DNA of 64,000 nucleotides. Origin: Podarcis filfolensis (taxonomy: Eukaryota). How positions within the stretch are numbered: position 1 is the stretch's first letter; each line of letters opens with the position of its first letter. A model generated the notes under the pieces. The model had not been told where the DNA came from, ran no database searches, and was given only the letters and a program-made list of their open reading frames with translations. The position numbers and the translations under genes are program-made. The stretch is taken from the NCBI GenBank assembly GCA_964270895.1, contig OZ185444.1; one strand, given 5' to 3'. Shown in pieces: positions 11,396 to 24,072 of the stretch.

Positions 11396-11935
11396 AAATT
11401 AAAAGATGCCTGCTTCTTGGGAAAAAAGCAATGACAAACTAGGCAGCATTTTAAAAAGCAGAGACATCACCTTGCCAACAAAGGCCCGTATAGTTAAAGC
11501 TATGGTTTTCCCAGTAGTGATGTATGGAAGTGAGAGCTGGACCATAAAGAAGGCTGATCGCCAAAGAATTGATGCTTTTGAATTATTGTGCTGGAGGAGA
11601 CTCTTGAGAATCCCATGGACTGCAAGAAGATCAAACCTATCCATTCTTAAGGAAATCAGCCCTGAGTGGAAGGACAGATCATGAAGCTGAGGCTCCAATA
11701 CTTTGGCCACCTCATGAGAAGAGAAGACTCCCTGGAAAAGACCGTGATGTTGGGAAAGATGGAGGGCACAAGGAGAAGGGGACAACAGAGGATGAGAGGG
11801 TTGGACAGTGTTATCGAAACTACCAGCATGAGTTTGACCAAACTGCGGGAGGCAGTGGAAGACAGGAGTGCCTAGCGTGCTCTGGTCCATGGGGTCACGA
11901 AGAGTCGGACATGACTAAACGACTAAACAACAACA
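11396..11935 (+). mobile_element. BovB LINE 3' fragment, the longest in the window
   Basis: Encodes ...SILKSRDITLPTKARIVKAMVFPVVMYGSESWTIKK... with a (caa) tail. Has a 7-nt deletion near 11668. No TSD seen. Confidence 0.95.
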
Positions 11936-14900
11936 TTTGTCAGATTACATAATACTCATCTGCTCAGACGAGCCTTTGGCAAATGAAGGATATTTGTGAA
12001 ACTAATAAGTTGCATCTTTTAGTGTGATCCGGTCTCCTGTTATCAGTTGTTTCATTCTTTTAGTTATGTTTGTTACTGCTAAGCTTCCTGAATAATAATG
12101 CAGTTAGCCACCTTACGCTTTAGGAAAGGCCTGGGTATTATTTTTTAATATGTTAATTAAACTAATGTAATATATGACTTATGGCCTTCCCAGCTGGCCG
12201 AATAAGTCTCTGCTTTGGGTGTCTGTTACTCTCTTAAATTATTTTTGTTGCATTCTGTACATCGCCTTGAGACATGTGGGGAAGGTGGTAAATAAATAAA
12301 TCATAAGATAAAAATTATGTAGATAGGTTCCCATTTGGCTCATGAGTGGGAGGCAGGAAGTGGATAATGAGCGAAGCTGATAGGCTAGCTAGTAGATTTC
12401 CCCATTGTCATTTCAAAAGAGAAATGTGATACCTGACAAAAGCCATCTGAGCACACAGCTCCCATATAGTTTTATAATGTGAAATTGATTGATGGAAAAT
12501 GGATAATGGTTGCTATGTTAAGAAAAATGGTGGATTATTCTCCTCTCCTCACCTTCCCTCCCAGCAGCTACTGGCTCTTGCAGAGGCTTGGGGTCAGATG
12601 CTTGATTAAGTGAATTATAGCTAAAATCCCCTAGTATAAACCATGTCATGCCCCAGGCTACCCGAAACAATGCTCCCTGTTTTAACCCATAATGGGTAGT
12701 TGCATTTGGTAAATGGCTTAATCATGGCAACATAAATATTTATGGGAGAATTGTTCCAATTAAGGTATAAGCTTGTTTAGATGCTATCAGACAGGGTTTT
12801 CCCAACAAGAAAATGATTGTTAAGAGACATTAGAAAGTGGTTAAACTCTGGAGGAAGGAAAGGTCACTGGACCAATGTCATGGAGGCTTTTAATATGGTT
12901 CAATCTAATGGCTGAACCTTCCCCCCCCCCTTTCAGTTTAAGAAACTGACCCTTTCTACAATGAAAAGAAAACCTTAATGAAATGAACTGCAGTCAGCAA
13001 ACTGCACTAAGTCCTTTATATCTTGGGTTTATTTTGACATAATCGTGAACTGCATATGTTTCTGTTCAATTTAATCAGACAAATACAGTGGTTTGCATCC
13101 AACTGTTATGCTCAGAGTAAACTCATTGAAATGGTTACACCTAAGTTAGTAATGTTTGCTAATTTCAATGGGTTTACTCTGAGTAAGACTGATATTGGCT
13201 ACAACCCAGTAATACTAATAAAGTTTAAGGGATTTAATCCAAAAGTTTTAGGCTAGAAAAATTATAGCAAAATTTAAAACTGTAGCTTTGTCTTGTCCAT
13301 GGATGTTTATAAGCATCCTCTTCCAAAGAGGATTGCAAGCTTTGTCGAATACCACACTCTGCCAATCAGTCTTATCACATCCTCTTGTGTAACCTGCGAA
13401 ATATTTTTAAAGGAGTGTTTAAGATGGGTTTGCAATTTATGGTGATCAAGGAAGTTTTCGGTTCTCATTTGAAGGTTGTCGGCACCATGAAGGGTTTAAA
13501 AATAATTGGACAAATAAGAGAATCTCAAATTATTTTCCATCAACCTTAATTCTTTTGGAGTCAATAATTTCACAGCAAGCATATTGCAGAACAAGCACAA
13601 CATGTTCACATGCTATGCCTTCACAACCTAACCATTTTATGGAAATGATATGCAAATCACATCACACTCCTACGATCAAACATGCAAATTAACAGAGGCC
13701 TCCAACTTGCAATATGTTTTGAATGACTGTTTGGGTTGAATGTGTTGCCAACACCTGGATTACAGTTTTTATTACACTAGTGTAAATCTAGAAAAATGGA
13801 ATTAATTCCAGATCTTTCAAAATTTCTCGTTTTGCCACTGGCACTGTAGTGCATAATTGCAATGCACACAAAAGATTAAAGGTATTTGTCTGGTCATTCT
13901 GCTTTTTGAGGTCTTCTGTTAAAAACGGTGGGTGACATAGGTACTCTCTTGCTTGTCAAGGTGTCAAACGAATAAAAGACTTTTAATAGGTTTCATTGGG
14001 GTTACATTAGAGTGGATTACCTAGGCTTTAACATGCAGTTTGTAAGCAATTCTACAGTGGAAGAGTGGTATAAAATTTTAAAAAGTACAGTTGAAGCAGT
14101 GATGTTCTTTGGGGAAATAAATATATGATCTCTGTGAAGCTTCATTAATCTCCGGAGCAGTGTGAGTGAGTGTCTGCCATATGGTATATGACTCTAAAGG
14201 AATAGCACAAAGGGAAAACTGAAAATCTGGATGATTTTTTTTAAAAGGAGTGTTCTGCAGCACTTCTGCCTGGGAGCAAAATCCATTGCTTTCCAATTAG
14301 AAATTATGTTTTTTGATGTAAGAAATCCTGTAGCTGACATAACTGATGTTCTTCATTATCGTTGGTTGTCTCTTTTTGAAGCTAGCAGCTGTAACACATT
14401 TCAGGCCAGGCCATTACACACAAGGAGTTAAACACTGCATCCATTTTATTACAAATCCAGCATTTATCTGCTCGTCAATGTAAACCAGCAACCAAACAGC
14501 AGATGAGGAATATGGCTTCATACAGGAGCTGGCCCTCGTTCATTCAAAATGGCAGAATAAGCAAGAGGTGAGGAAAACGCTTACCAAAGAGCATAGCTAG
14601 GGCAGGCAAGGCTCCAGGTCAATGAGACACCTGAAAAAAATAGGAATTATATACGTAATGCTCAGTCTTTTACATAATTATATCTGCAGGGAGGGAAGGA
14701 CAGTATTGTTAAATGTTAAATTTGCACCTAATTTGGAATACCAGGTATTTTCTTAGCTAGCCACTTCTGACTACATGTCCCAGTTCATAAGCTGTGATGA
14801 TGTAAATATTAATACAGTGATTTCTTCATGAACATGATCTATATGCACTTGTTACATATGCACATAAGTGATAATGATGTATACCCTCTTAAATCTTTCA

Positions 14901-15526
14901 TGACATCTAAGTTAAGTACTACCTCATGTGAAAAAGCAGTCACAAAAATAGCCACGATATTATACATATTTGCCCCAAGGAAACTAATTTTGGAAGCATA
15001 TGTTTAGTTTATTTGATCTACAGACCATATACATCAGCTACAGTGCAGGTTTACCAAGAAAACACACACAATAAACATGCACACAAATTTAAAAAAGAAG
15101 GAATATAACAAAATTCACAATCAAAAATATTCCCTTTGACAATTATGTCCTTGTTTTGATGGCCCTCAGCAAGGAACCTGGCTATATTTTATGTAACCTT
15201 AGTGTTGGAGTCTGCCATTAAAATCTGAACATAAAATTCATCTGAGTGCAAAGGAAGTACTGGAGAGTGTAATTGAAATCTGATACCCCTATAAAAAAAT
15301 ACAGTATAGAAGAACATGGGCTAACACTTCAGCTGAGCTGCTTTCACAAAGGCAGATTCTCAAATGCCAAGGCATCCTGGTACCTCAACCTTCCATCACT
15401 CCTGTTGGCAAAGCACTGAACCTACCCACTGAAAATGCTACACTGTCTCTGGAAATATTTAATGTAGCAGTTATCAACCTAGTATCTAGAGGTCCAGTGG
15501 TGAGAAAACCCCTTCTACACATCTAG

Positions 15527-15529
<3 letters not shown>

Positions 15530-15592
<63 letters not shown>
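15530..15592. repeat. (CT)n microsatellite
   Basis: About 30 units with one interruption. Confidence 0.98.
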
Positions 15593-15690
15593 ATATCAAT
15601 TAATTCTTCCTGAAAAGATTTCAATAGATGTATTAAAAAAGAAGCAGTTATCATTTCAAATAATGGAATGGCAGTGCTCTCTGTGAAAGG

Positions 15691-15840
15691 CAGTGCTGTT
15701 GTTGTTTTCCGAGGGAACTCATAGGAACTCAGATAAGTGTAGGAACCTCTCAGATAAGCACAACTGCCATTCTAAGAGAACAAGGGAGGCAGGTATTCAT
15801 GGTGAATTCAAGCTCCTCATTTTCTAGAAAAATAGCACTG
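15691..15840. mobile_element. hAT-type MITE (cagtgct...agcactg family)
   Basis: Reverse complement of the elements at 40454 and 63031 (ttctagaaaa...caccatgaa...ttgttctctt). Confidence 0.75.
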
Positions 15841-18203
15841 CTGAGGGTCTTCAAGAGGAATCTGGATAGCCATCTCTTGTCCCCACACCCAAGCTCATCC
15901 TGAAGAATCATAACATACACACAGGTCCCACCTTCCAAACACAATGTGTTCCCAGGAAATTGTTCGTTAGGTGTGCGTTTGCATATTGAGCTGATGATTT
16001 CCATTATTTCCTCTGGAAACATTTGTAATGCGTGGTTTGTCCTTTCTACCTCCCTCCATGGTTTCTGCCTGAAACTTCTGCAGCCAATCAGCAAAAGCCA
16101 AACAAAGGAAAAACAGATTTTCCCAATCTCTTCTGCTCTCTGATTTGTCCCGTCTCCAGTTGTTCAGATATCCGAATCAACCATTTGTGTAATGAGATTT
16201 GGGTATATTCTTTGTGTTCAGATAACCGAGATTTCAGATAATGAGCATTCCAATAGCGGGACCTGCATGTACACGTACTTGTGTTTCTTTGTCTATCCTG
16301 CCTTTCTAGGCAAAATGCCTACTTCAGGCAATTACCTCATGGGGCCTAGGCCCTAAATGTGTGCCACAAATATTTCAGATTAATAAGTAAATAGGTGCCT
16401 GGTTTTGCCATGGAAAAATATTGCTCCCCAAAAGCCTGTGGGCTTCATTTTTGTCCCCCTCCCTGAACTTCCACAGCCAAGCTCCATACAGCTTTCAAAT
16501 TATACACCGAGTAAATGCCAGCTACTTTCTTAAGTAGAATAGCATGAACTGGCTGCAAATCATAGTATCGCATTTCAGCACTGAAGAATTCATGCCAGTG
16601 ATTTCCCCTATAGAACGAAATGTGCATTTCACTGATAAAGGCTGCAGGGAGAATAGCTCCATGCTCTGTAATTTCCCGTGCTTTTGCCAACCTTCCAGAG
16701 ATAAGTGTTCAGACAACTGAGGTTTCCTTTCATAAATAGGCTCTCAAGGCATAAGCCCTCTGCTTCTATCTAACCTGGCGACAGCTTCTCAAATGCATCA
16801 GCAGTTTTCAACTACCTTGTGGCACTGCTGATAGTTTTCAGTTAGGCACGAAGAAAATGACACTAGATATCCTACCCCTTGCCCCCTTAAACACAAATAT
16901 TCACTGGTGATAAACATGGCTCTTATTCTTTCCTGACCCAGACAGGGATTTACAAATGCCTATTTGCCCTTTAGAGGACATTGTGTGTTGTGGAAAGAAT
17001 GCAGGGTACAGACACTCAAAGATTTCGTAAGTTCCGTGTCCGATAATCTAAGTAAGTCAAAATGAAATTGTGTTTTGTTTTTTTAAGTAAGAGATTATAT
17101 AACCTATTGAATCATGTGCTAATTGATCCATCAGCGGGCTGCATTATAATCATGCCTTTTACTCCATATGGCATATTAATAATGGCACAGTCTGAAACTG
17201 TCATACGGAGGCGTCTTTTGTAGTGGATGACACTTAAATTTTATTCAGGGACTTCTGGGTTTCATTAAAAAAAAATTAAGCCCTTTAAAAAACAGAATCT
17301 CTGCAGAACACCCATTTTTCACCATGATAATATGATTGTTTATGCTTGGATTAACCTGTCACTTGGCAAAGGAAGATGATGCATGGAGATTAGCAGGAGA
17401 ATGGGAGGGAAATGCTTTTGTTCAAGACGTTCTCCATCTTAAAATGTCAGGTCATTCAGATACTATAGCCAGAGACTTTTGTTTCAGCCGCTTACAATTT
17501 CCCCTCCTCTCCTCCCCTTTATAAGCTTCAAAGTGACAAACCGAGGATCGAAACATATCCCTAACAGTCGCAGAAGACTGTGCTGGGGGTGGAATATCTG
17601 CAATTAATATGCAAATTAGGCTGATCATGTCTGACTAAGGCAACAGATGCGGTACTCTGAGGAGTCACTATCAGGCTTGGCTGCTGGAAGCAGCTTCTAC
17701 CAGGACTTGGAACATCTGTGCTGTTATAAGATGCTAATTGAAGTTCAGGGGCTACACTCCCAGAATCGGTAAGGCTGTGGGTATAGCAGCGTGCTTGTGA
17801 TTATTTTTCACCTCATTGGTGAAGGGATTCTTTTGTAGTCTTCATCCCCTGAATATGTGGAGCTGTGACACACTGGAAGAGCTACAGTGACATTGATAAT
17901 CGGCTCCAAATAAGCACCGAGTGCAATGTCTGCGGTTGCTGAGAGAGAGAGATCCTAAGTCACTGTGGGACTTTAGAGATTAATTGGTTCCTTGCAGCTT
18001 GAGCATGGAAGCTCGCAGAAAGATAAACCAGCTTGGCTGTGTCCAAATGGCAGTTTTCTGTGCTATGGATAATAATTTATAATAATAATTTATTATTATA
18101 CCCCAGAAGCATTTGTGTGTGGTGTTCGGGGGTGGGGCGGGGGTGGGGGGGTGGCGGCTTCAGAAACTTACAGACCAGGGGCCAACTGCAGTGACAGTTT
18201 ATA

Positions 18204-18480
18204 CAGTGGTACCTCGGGTTAAGAACTTACGTTCCGGAGGTCCGTTCTTAACCTGAAACTGTTAATTTGTTCTGGAGGTCCGTTCTTAACCTGAAACTGT
18301 TCTTAACCTGAGGTACCACTTTAGCCAATGGGGCTTCCTGCTGCCGCCGCGCCATCGCCACGCTATTTCTGTTCTCATCCTGAAGCAAAGTTCTTAACCC
18401 AATGTACTATTTCGGGGTTAGCAGAGTCTGTAACCTGAAGCGTCTGTAACCTGAAGTGTCTGTAACCCGAGGTACCACTG
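18204..18480. mobile_element. Tc1/mariner (Tigger-like) MITE with an internal ~38-bp duplication
   Basis: Termini cagtggtacctcgggtt...aacccgaggtaccactg, TA-flanked. gttc(c/t)ggaggtccgttcttaacctgaaactgt occurs twice. Confidence 0.92.
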
Positions 18481-18824
18481 TAATTTAGGGACACTTCATT
18501 TTTTCAAATTATTATTTCAGCTTGTTTGCTGATTTCCCACATAAATGTTCCCATAGCGGTTCACAGCACAACTGTCTAATGCAAATTCATTTCCAGACAT
18601 CACATGACAGATCCAAATAAAGAACTCATTTTGATAGCTTGGGCGTTATTTTATAATGAATTTTTAAATGTTATATACTCTCAGCCATTCAAACACATTC
18701 CTTGATTTCAGTTGGTTGAAAATATATATGATCAACATTTCTAGTGCAGCCAGATATTCCTCAAAAGCGCCAAGTTCAGGAGATGGTAGATCTCTTAGAG
18801 TCCTGGAGTAGGGCCACAGTAACA

Positions 18825-18826
<2 letters not shown>

Positions 18827-18866
<40 letters not shown>
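18827..18866. repeat. (AT)20 microsatellite
   Basis: Perfect array. Confidence 0.98.
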
Positions 18867-18871
<5 letters not shown>

Positions 18872-19359
18872 CATAATACCACTTTAAACAGTTATGGGTT
18901 ACCCTAAAGAATTATGTAAGCTGTAGTTTGTGCTGGGAGCTGTTAGGAGATCCTTATTCTCCTCAATGACCTTTGATTCCCAGAGCAGTTTAATAATCAG
19001 TTTTTCTTCTCAGTGAACTCTGGGAACCATAACTCTGTGATGAGAAAATAGGGGTGTTAAAAAGAACCAAAACTGTCTTCTAGCCATTGATATTTGGGAG
19101 CCGCATGCCACCATATGCTTTGAATTGCAAGAGAGCAAGTCCGCCTGGGAGTGATGGGTCTTTGACTGTATTTAATTGTGACTTTTCAACTCTTGACTTT
19201 TCTGATGTGGCCCTATGCATTGAATGAAGTACCCTAACCTATTTTAGGTTAGTCTTCTATTCCAGAGAGATCCCATCACTGTGTTTGCTGCTGCAGAGAA
19301 ACAACATTATTCCATTTGAAACCTAAGGGGAGGAAAATCTTTCTGATCCTAAAATGAGT

Positions 19360-19360
<1 letters not shown>

Positions 19361-19394
<34 letters not shown>
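19361..19394. repeat. (AG)17 microsatellite
   Basis: Perfect array. Confidence 0.98.
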
Positions 19395-19396
<2 letters not shown>

Positions 19397-19933
19397 GATT
19401 TAGATGCAATCTCAGGTTCCAAGTCTTAAATTAAGCTCTCTGTCTTTTCTGTCTCCCATTGACTTTAGACTTAATTCTGCATGCACAAAGTCTGTTGCCC
19501 TAGATTTACTTCTGAGTTCCAAGAGCATCTTGTTTACAGAAATAACTGCTGAGAGAGCTCTTTTCTAGGAACTTTCTGAAAACCGTCTTCCAAGGGTTTC
19601 GAACACAGACTGTTAACATTTATTTTCTGCTACATTTGAGAGAGAAATGAAGTAGTATCCATGCAAGAAGCAATTGCTTAGGGCCTGTTCTAACTCTCCC
19701 CCCCCAACCTGAAGTCACTTTGAGCACATTGGATGAGGCATGCAGAGCGAAACAACCAACAGGTTAGTTTATGATTTTGCAAGTTTGCTTGCATAGTCTC
19801 CTATGCACTTTCCCGAAGAGGTGCAATTCTGGATAGCTCACCCAAAAAACAAAACAAAATGCACAAATGTTTCTTTTAGAACCTTTCCTGAAGGCCTTGT
19901 TTGTCCAATATGGTGCTAGGTAATCCCAACATT

Positions 19934-20409
19934 ACCTTGCCAACAAAGGTCCGTATAGTTAAAGCTATGGTTTCCCCAGTAGTGATGTATGGAAGTGAGA
20001 GCTGGACCATAAAGAAGGCTGACCGCCGAAGAATTGATGCTTTTGAATTATGGTGCTGGAGGAGACTCTTGAGAGTCCCATGGACTGCAAGAAGATCAAA
20101 CCTATCCATTCTGAAAGAAATCAGCCCTGAGTGCTCACTGGAAGGACAGATCCTGAAGCTGAGGCTCCAATACTTTGGCCACCTCATGAGAAGAGAAGAC
20201 TCCCTGGAAAAGACAGTGATGTTGGGAAAGATGGAGGGCACAAGGAGAAGGGGACGACAGAGGATTAGATGGTTAGACAGTGTTCTTGAAGCTACCAGCA
20301 TGAGTTTGACCATACTGCGGGAGGCAGTGGAAGACAGGAGTGCCTGGCGTGCTCTGGTCCATGGGGTCACGAAGAGCTGAACACGACTAAACAACTAAAC
20401 AACAATAAC
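19934..20409 (+). mobile_element. BovB LINE 3' fragment with an open ORF C-terminus
   Basis: Open frame reads ITLPTKVRIVKAMVSPVVMYGSESWTIKKADRRRIDAFELWCWRRLLRVPWTARRSN...VHGVTKS*. TSD aatcccaacatt/aatcccagcatt at 19922-19933 and 20410-20421. Confidence 0.96.
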
Positions 20410-20901
20410 AATCCCAGCATTCAGAGGTCACTACTGTAGCCAGGATTTATCTTAGGAGGGGGCTGGCTTTATGTTGGGGGGGGGGTTTGTCAGAACCTCA
20501 GTTAGTTGTTTTTTATTGATTTACTTAATTGGGGGGGCACCTGCAGTTTGTCCTTATTTCTATGGAGATCTTACCAAAGTAATTTGGAACATCATCATGT
20601 CACAATGCATGTGCCATTTAAGTCCCAGGGCACCCAAAGTGTAAGTAATTCTTAATGTGAAAACATTATGCTTCCCTCTCCCAGACAAGAAAAAGTTAAC
20701 CATCTTTAGAGTGCTGCAAGCATCTTAATAAAAGTTACCAGAGAAGTTAATCATGAGGGGAAATGAGATGAGCATGACAAAAACACATTTGGTATAGAAT
20801 TCCCAGATGACCCTGGATGTAAAGTTACAGAATAATACATTTCAGACTATCTATTTAAGGTCCTAACGGAATTTGCTCTGTATTATTTAAGCTTCAGATT
20901 C

Positions 20902-20902
<1 letters not shown>

Positions 20903-20944
<42 letters not shown>
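20903..20944. repeat. (AC)21 microsatellite
   Basis: Perfect array. Confidence 0.98.
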
Positions 20945-20949
<5 letters not shown>

Positions 20950-21847
20950 TTCTTGATTATAAAACAGGATAATGTATTATCTTTCTCCTTTACTGCCATT
21001 TCAGGGGCCTATTAAACATTACCCTAGCCATGTGGGAACTGTTTCTCTACTAGTGGACCCCAGGCAGCTGGGAAAAGATTCAGATGACCCAACCACAGCA
21101 TGTGTGTGTGTGTGTGTGTGGTGTGTGTGTGTGTGTAGTTTTTTCCCCTGTGGGTGTATTCTACCACATGTCACACTGATGCAGTAATAGTGCATTAGCG
21201 GTGAATGTTCTCTCCACACTTCTGGAGAGTTGTTGTTCTGCGATGCTTTCCCAGTGTTACTGCACTGTTGTTGTCTGGCAGGGCACTCTTGCACTATAGT
21301 GTATCAAAAGCAGCACACACACAAAAAGTGGCACATTTGTGGTATAAAAAGTTGCAGGATTTCAGCAGGAAGCTACAGGACAGGCACCTACTGGAAATGA
21401 AACAGTTACGTCCACCCCAAAACTTTTGCTGGTACAAACAGTGTTGAAAGCAAGATTGTGTGTAACCACCTCAGTAGCATCATAAATCATAATGAATGCA
21501 CAATGAAAAGTACATCTGGAGGGACCCTGTGTGTGATTACATGGGTCCTTCTCATGGAATCAGCCTCAACCTCCAAGTAGGGGGCTGAGTCTCAGTTGCC
21601 CTCACTCATGTATGTTGGGTCATTTCATTCTAGTTCTGTCAGATCAAGTGGCTCCATTTAGCCCAAAGCACCATTTGAAGGGACTGCTCCCCCTCCAAAT
21701 GAAGGGACCTCACAAATGAGTCATATGGATATATTTCTGCAGACCTCATTAATTGGATACTGAACTGCAGCTATATGATGTGGGCTGACAAGACCTTCAC
21801 AGAAGAGGTCCATGGAACAGAAAAAACATATACTGCCTCAAAAGTTT

Positions 21848-21945
21848 CTGAAGAAGTGTGCATGCACACGAAAGCTCATACCAAGAACAAACTTAGTTGG
21901 TCTCTAGGTGCTACTGGACATTTTTTAATTTAATTTTTATTTCTA
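21848..21945 (+). mobile_element. Penelope-like element fragment carrying a minimal hammerhead ribozyme core
   Basis: CTGAAGA-a-gtgtgcatgcacac-GAAA-gctc-atac, then caagaacaaacttagttggtctctaggtgctactgga. The same family appears on the minus strand at 41225. Confidence 0.75.
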
Positions 21946-21947
21946 CT

Positions 21948-22426
21948 GCCCCAAAAGTTGTAAGTGAGACTATCGAAGAATGGCAGAAGAAGATGATGGA
22001 CTATATGGAACTTGCCGAACTGACCGGGAGACTCCCAGACCAGAGAGAAGAGACGGTGGGAGAAGATTGGAAGAAGTTTAAGGACTATTTGAAGAAATAT
22101 GTTAATATTTAAATCTCAGAATAGCTTTGGAAGTGGACAAAGGCTGTAGGGTTAGAAGTAGAAGATAGTGTATTTTAAAGTAGTATTATTTGTTAGTGAT
22201 AAAGTGTGAAGTTTTTTATGGTTAAAGTAAGTGTGATAAAAAAATGGTTAGAAATTATTATATATGTAAACTGCTAAAGATGAAGTAAAATGAAAATCAG
22301 ATAGGTGGGACTTGGGGAAGCCCACTTAACAATGTTTAGGAAAAATAAGGATGATACAAGAATCTGTTTGTATTGTTTGTTTTTCTGTTTGTGTTCTTTA
22401 TTTGTGTTATAAAATGAATAAAAAAA
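21948..22426 (+). mobile_element. L1-clade LINE 3' end (ORF2 C-terminus, 3'UTR and polyA)
   Basis: Encodes IEEWQKKMMDYMELAELTGRLPDQREETVGEDWKKFKDYLKKYVNI*, followed by a T/G-rich UTR and aataaaaaaa. Confidence 0.8.
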
Positions 22427-23727
22427 TTTTTTTGGGGGGGGGGAGTTGTGAGAAAGTTTGCTTGTGGCTAAGCAAAGAAAAAAGATTCTAAGTAGACTAT
22501 ACTGAAACACAGTTTTACAAGGAGAAGGGAAAAAAAATGCATCCCTTCGTTATGAAGCCTTAGAATAAGTATGGATAGTATTTCACAAGACAATACAAAG
22601 AAACACATTTTGCTGAATGCCTTGTATGCTAAACGCGTTAAAGAGAAATTGGTTCTCGCTGGTTTTTTCTTTCAAGGGTGTGTGGCCGTGTGCAGACTTT
22701 GACATTATTTTCACCTTTTCCTCAGAACAGCAAGTTCCATTTCATAGACAGATGTTAAGGTCAGAAAGGAACACTGAAACCATGTAGTGTGACCTCCCCA
22801 CACCCCACCCCCAGTTACTGAGGCCAATTCCTTTTCCTTTGGCTATTTCTAACATGAGAGTCACTGACCTGCATTTGAAGTAAGCATATCGCTTAGAAGA
22901 ATGTCATAATCTATCTTTTCAAGTTGTGGAGAATCCACTAGATTCTTGGGCAATCTGGTTGCTGATAGACAGTTGCATCTTATTTTCAGTGTTTACGATG
23001 TTTCAATCCTTATACACCCATTTTCTTAATTTGTTTAAGATAACTGACGTATAATGAGATCTGGAGTCTCTTTTAACAACCCCATTTTCTTCGAGGGAAG
23101 CTTTTTTATGTTTGTGATAATCACACACCAAACATGAAAGATGCTTTTTTTAAAAGACAAGGTAGAGCCTCTACCAATCAGTGTTGACTGCAGATGGGGA
23201 ATTTCAGGCTGGGGGGAAAGTCAGACCGCCAAGCTTCTCTTTCTAGCCCTTGGACACTCGCCACACCACCTACTCCCAGGCCATACCCCTCACTGGCCTT
23301 TATTGTCACACTCTGTGAGTGTTTCTGCCTGGCTGGTGTGTCCTTGAACTCTAACAATGCTTCTTGCTTGCTTGAGTGAAGAATTGATGCACCCTGCTGT
23401 GCAAAGGTAAGAATCACCTGCTGCAAATATGTATAGAAGCTAGCCTACTGTATAAAGGCAAAATTCCCATTTGTTGCTCCTCCCACTTTTGCCACTGATC
23501 CAGCCCTTCAATGGGATAAACCCACAGAAGGTTGTCTAGAAGGGAATTTGGCTGAAAATCTCCCTCTACCTCCATGTGTAGACATTACTGACCAACAGTC
23601 TGATGTGGATATAAGACTGCTTTGGTTATTGTTGTTATCTGGTTTTTACAAAGTCTAATGTTTCCTTTATGCAAACTTATATTGAATGTATTATTCTTTT
23701 TTTATTTATTTAAAAAGTAAAATAAGT

Positions 23728-23867
23728 TGCTTTCGAACTGCTAGCTTGGCAGAAGCTGGGACAGAGCAATGGGAGCTGACCCTTTTGCACAGATTCGAAC
23801 TGCCGACCTTCCGATCAGCAAGCCCAAGAGGTTCAGTGGTTTAGACCACAGCGCCACCCGTGTCCCC
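23728..23867 (-). mobile_element. Sauria SINE 5' half (different subfamily), 3'-truncated
   Basis: Minus strand reads ggggacacgggtggcgctgtggtctaaaccactgaacctcttgggcttgctgatcggaaggtcggcagttcgaat...gcagttcgaaagca, with no tail. Confidence 0.9.
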
Positions 23868-23892
23868 ATTTTGTTGTTGTTGTTGTTGTTAT

Positions 23893-24072
23893 CAGTGTTT
23901 TTTTCTGGGAGGATGCAGGGGTACGCATCCCCCTAAACATTTTGTGAATCTTTGTACTTTTGCCGATTTACTGTATTTATTTTTCCTGATTTGAACTATA
24001 AAATGGTGATTTGTTTTTTTTAGTGAAAATGAAAGTTCCCCTAAACTTTTTTTTAAAAGAAAAAAAACACTG
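23893..24072. mobile_element. hAT-type MITE (cagtg...cactg)
   Basis: Related to the 28181 and 6829 elements (ggggtacgcatcccctaaacattttgtgaatc). Flanked by ttgttat repeats, a 7-8 bp TSD with an ambiguous boundary. Confidence 0.85.

Noticed and set aside
6268-11890. Recurring ORFs starting MDQSTPGTPVFHCL... (6268, 7856, 11399, 56602) and MFSRVQLFVTPWTRARQ... that look like a small gene family
   Set aside because: They are antisense or alternate frames of BovB 3' fragments and recur only because BovB recurs.
15750-16094. 114-aa minus-strand ORF with protein-like composition
   Set aside because: Its C-terminal part lies in the hAT-type MITE at 15691-15840, the same repeat as at 40454 and 63031, and I recognise no domain.
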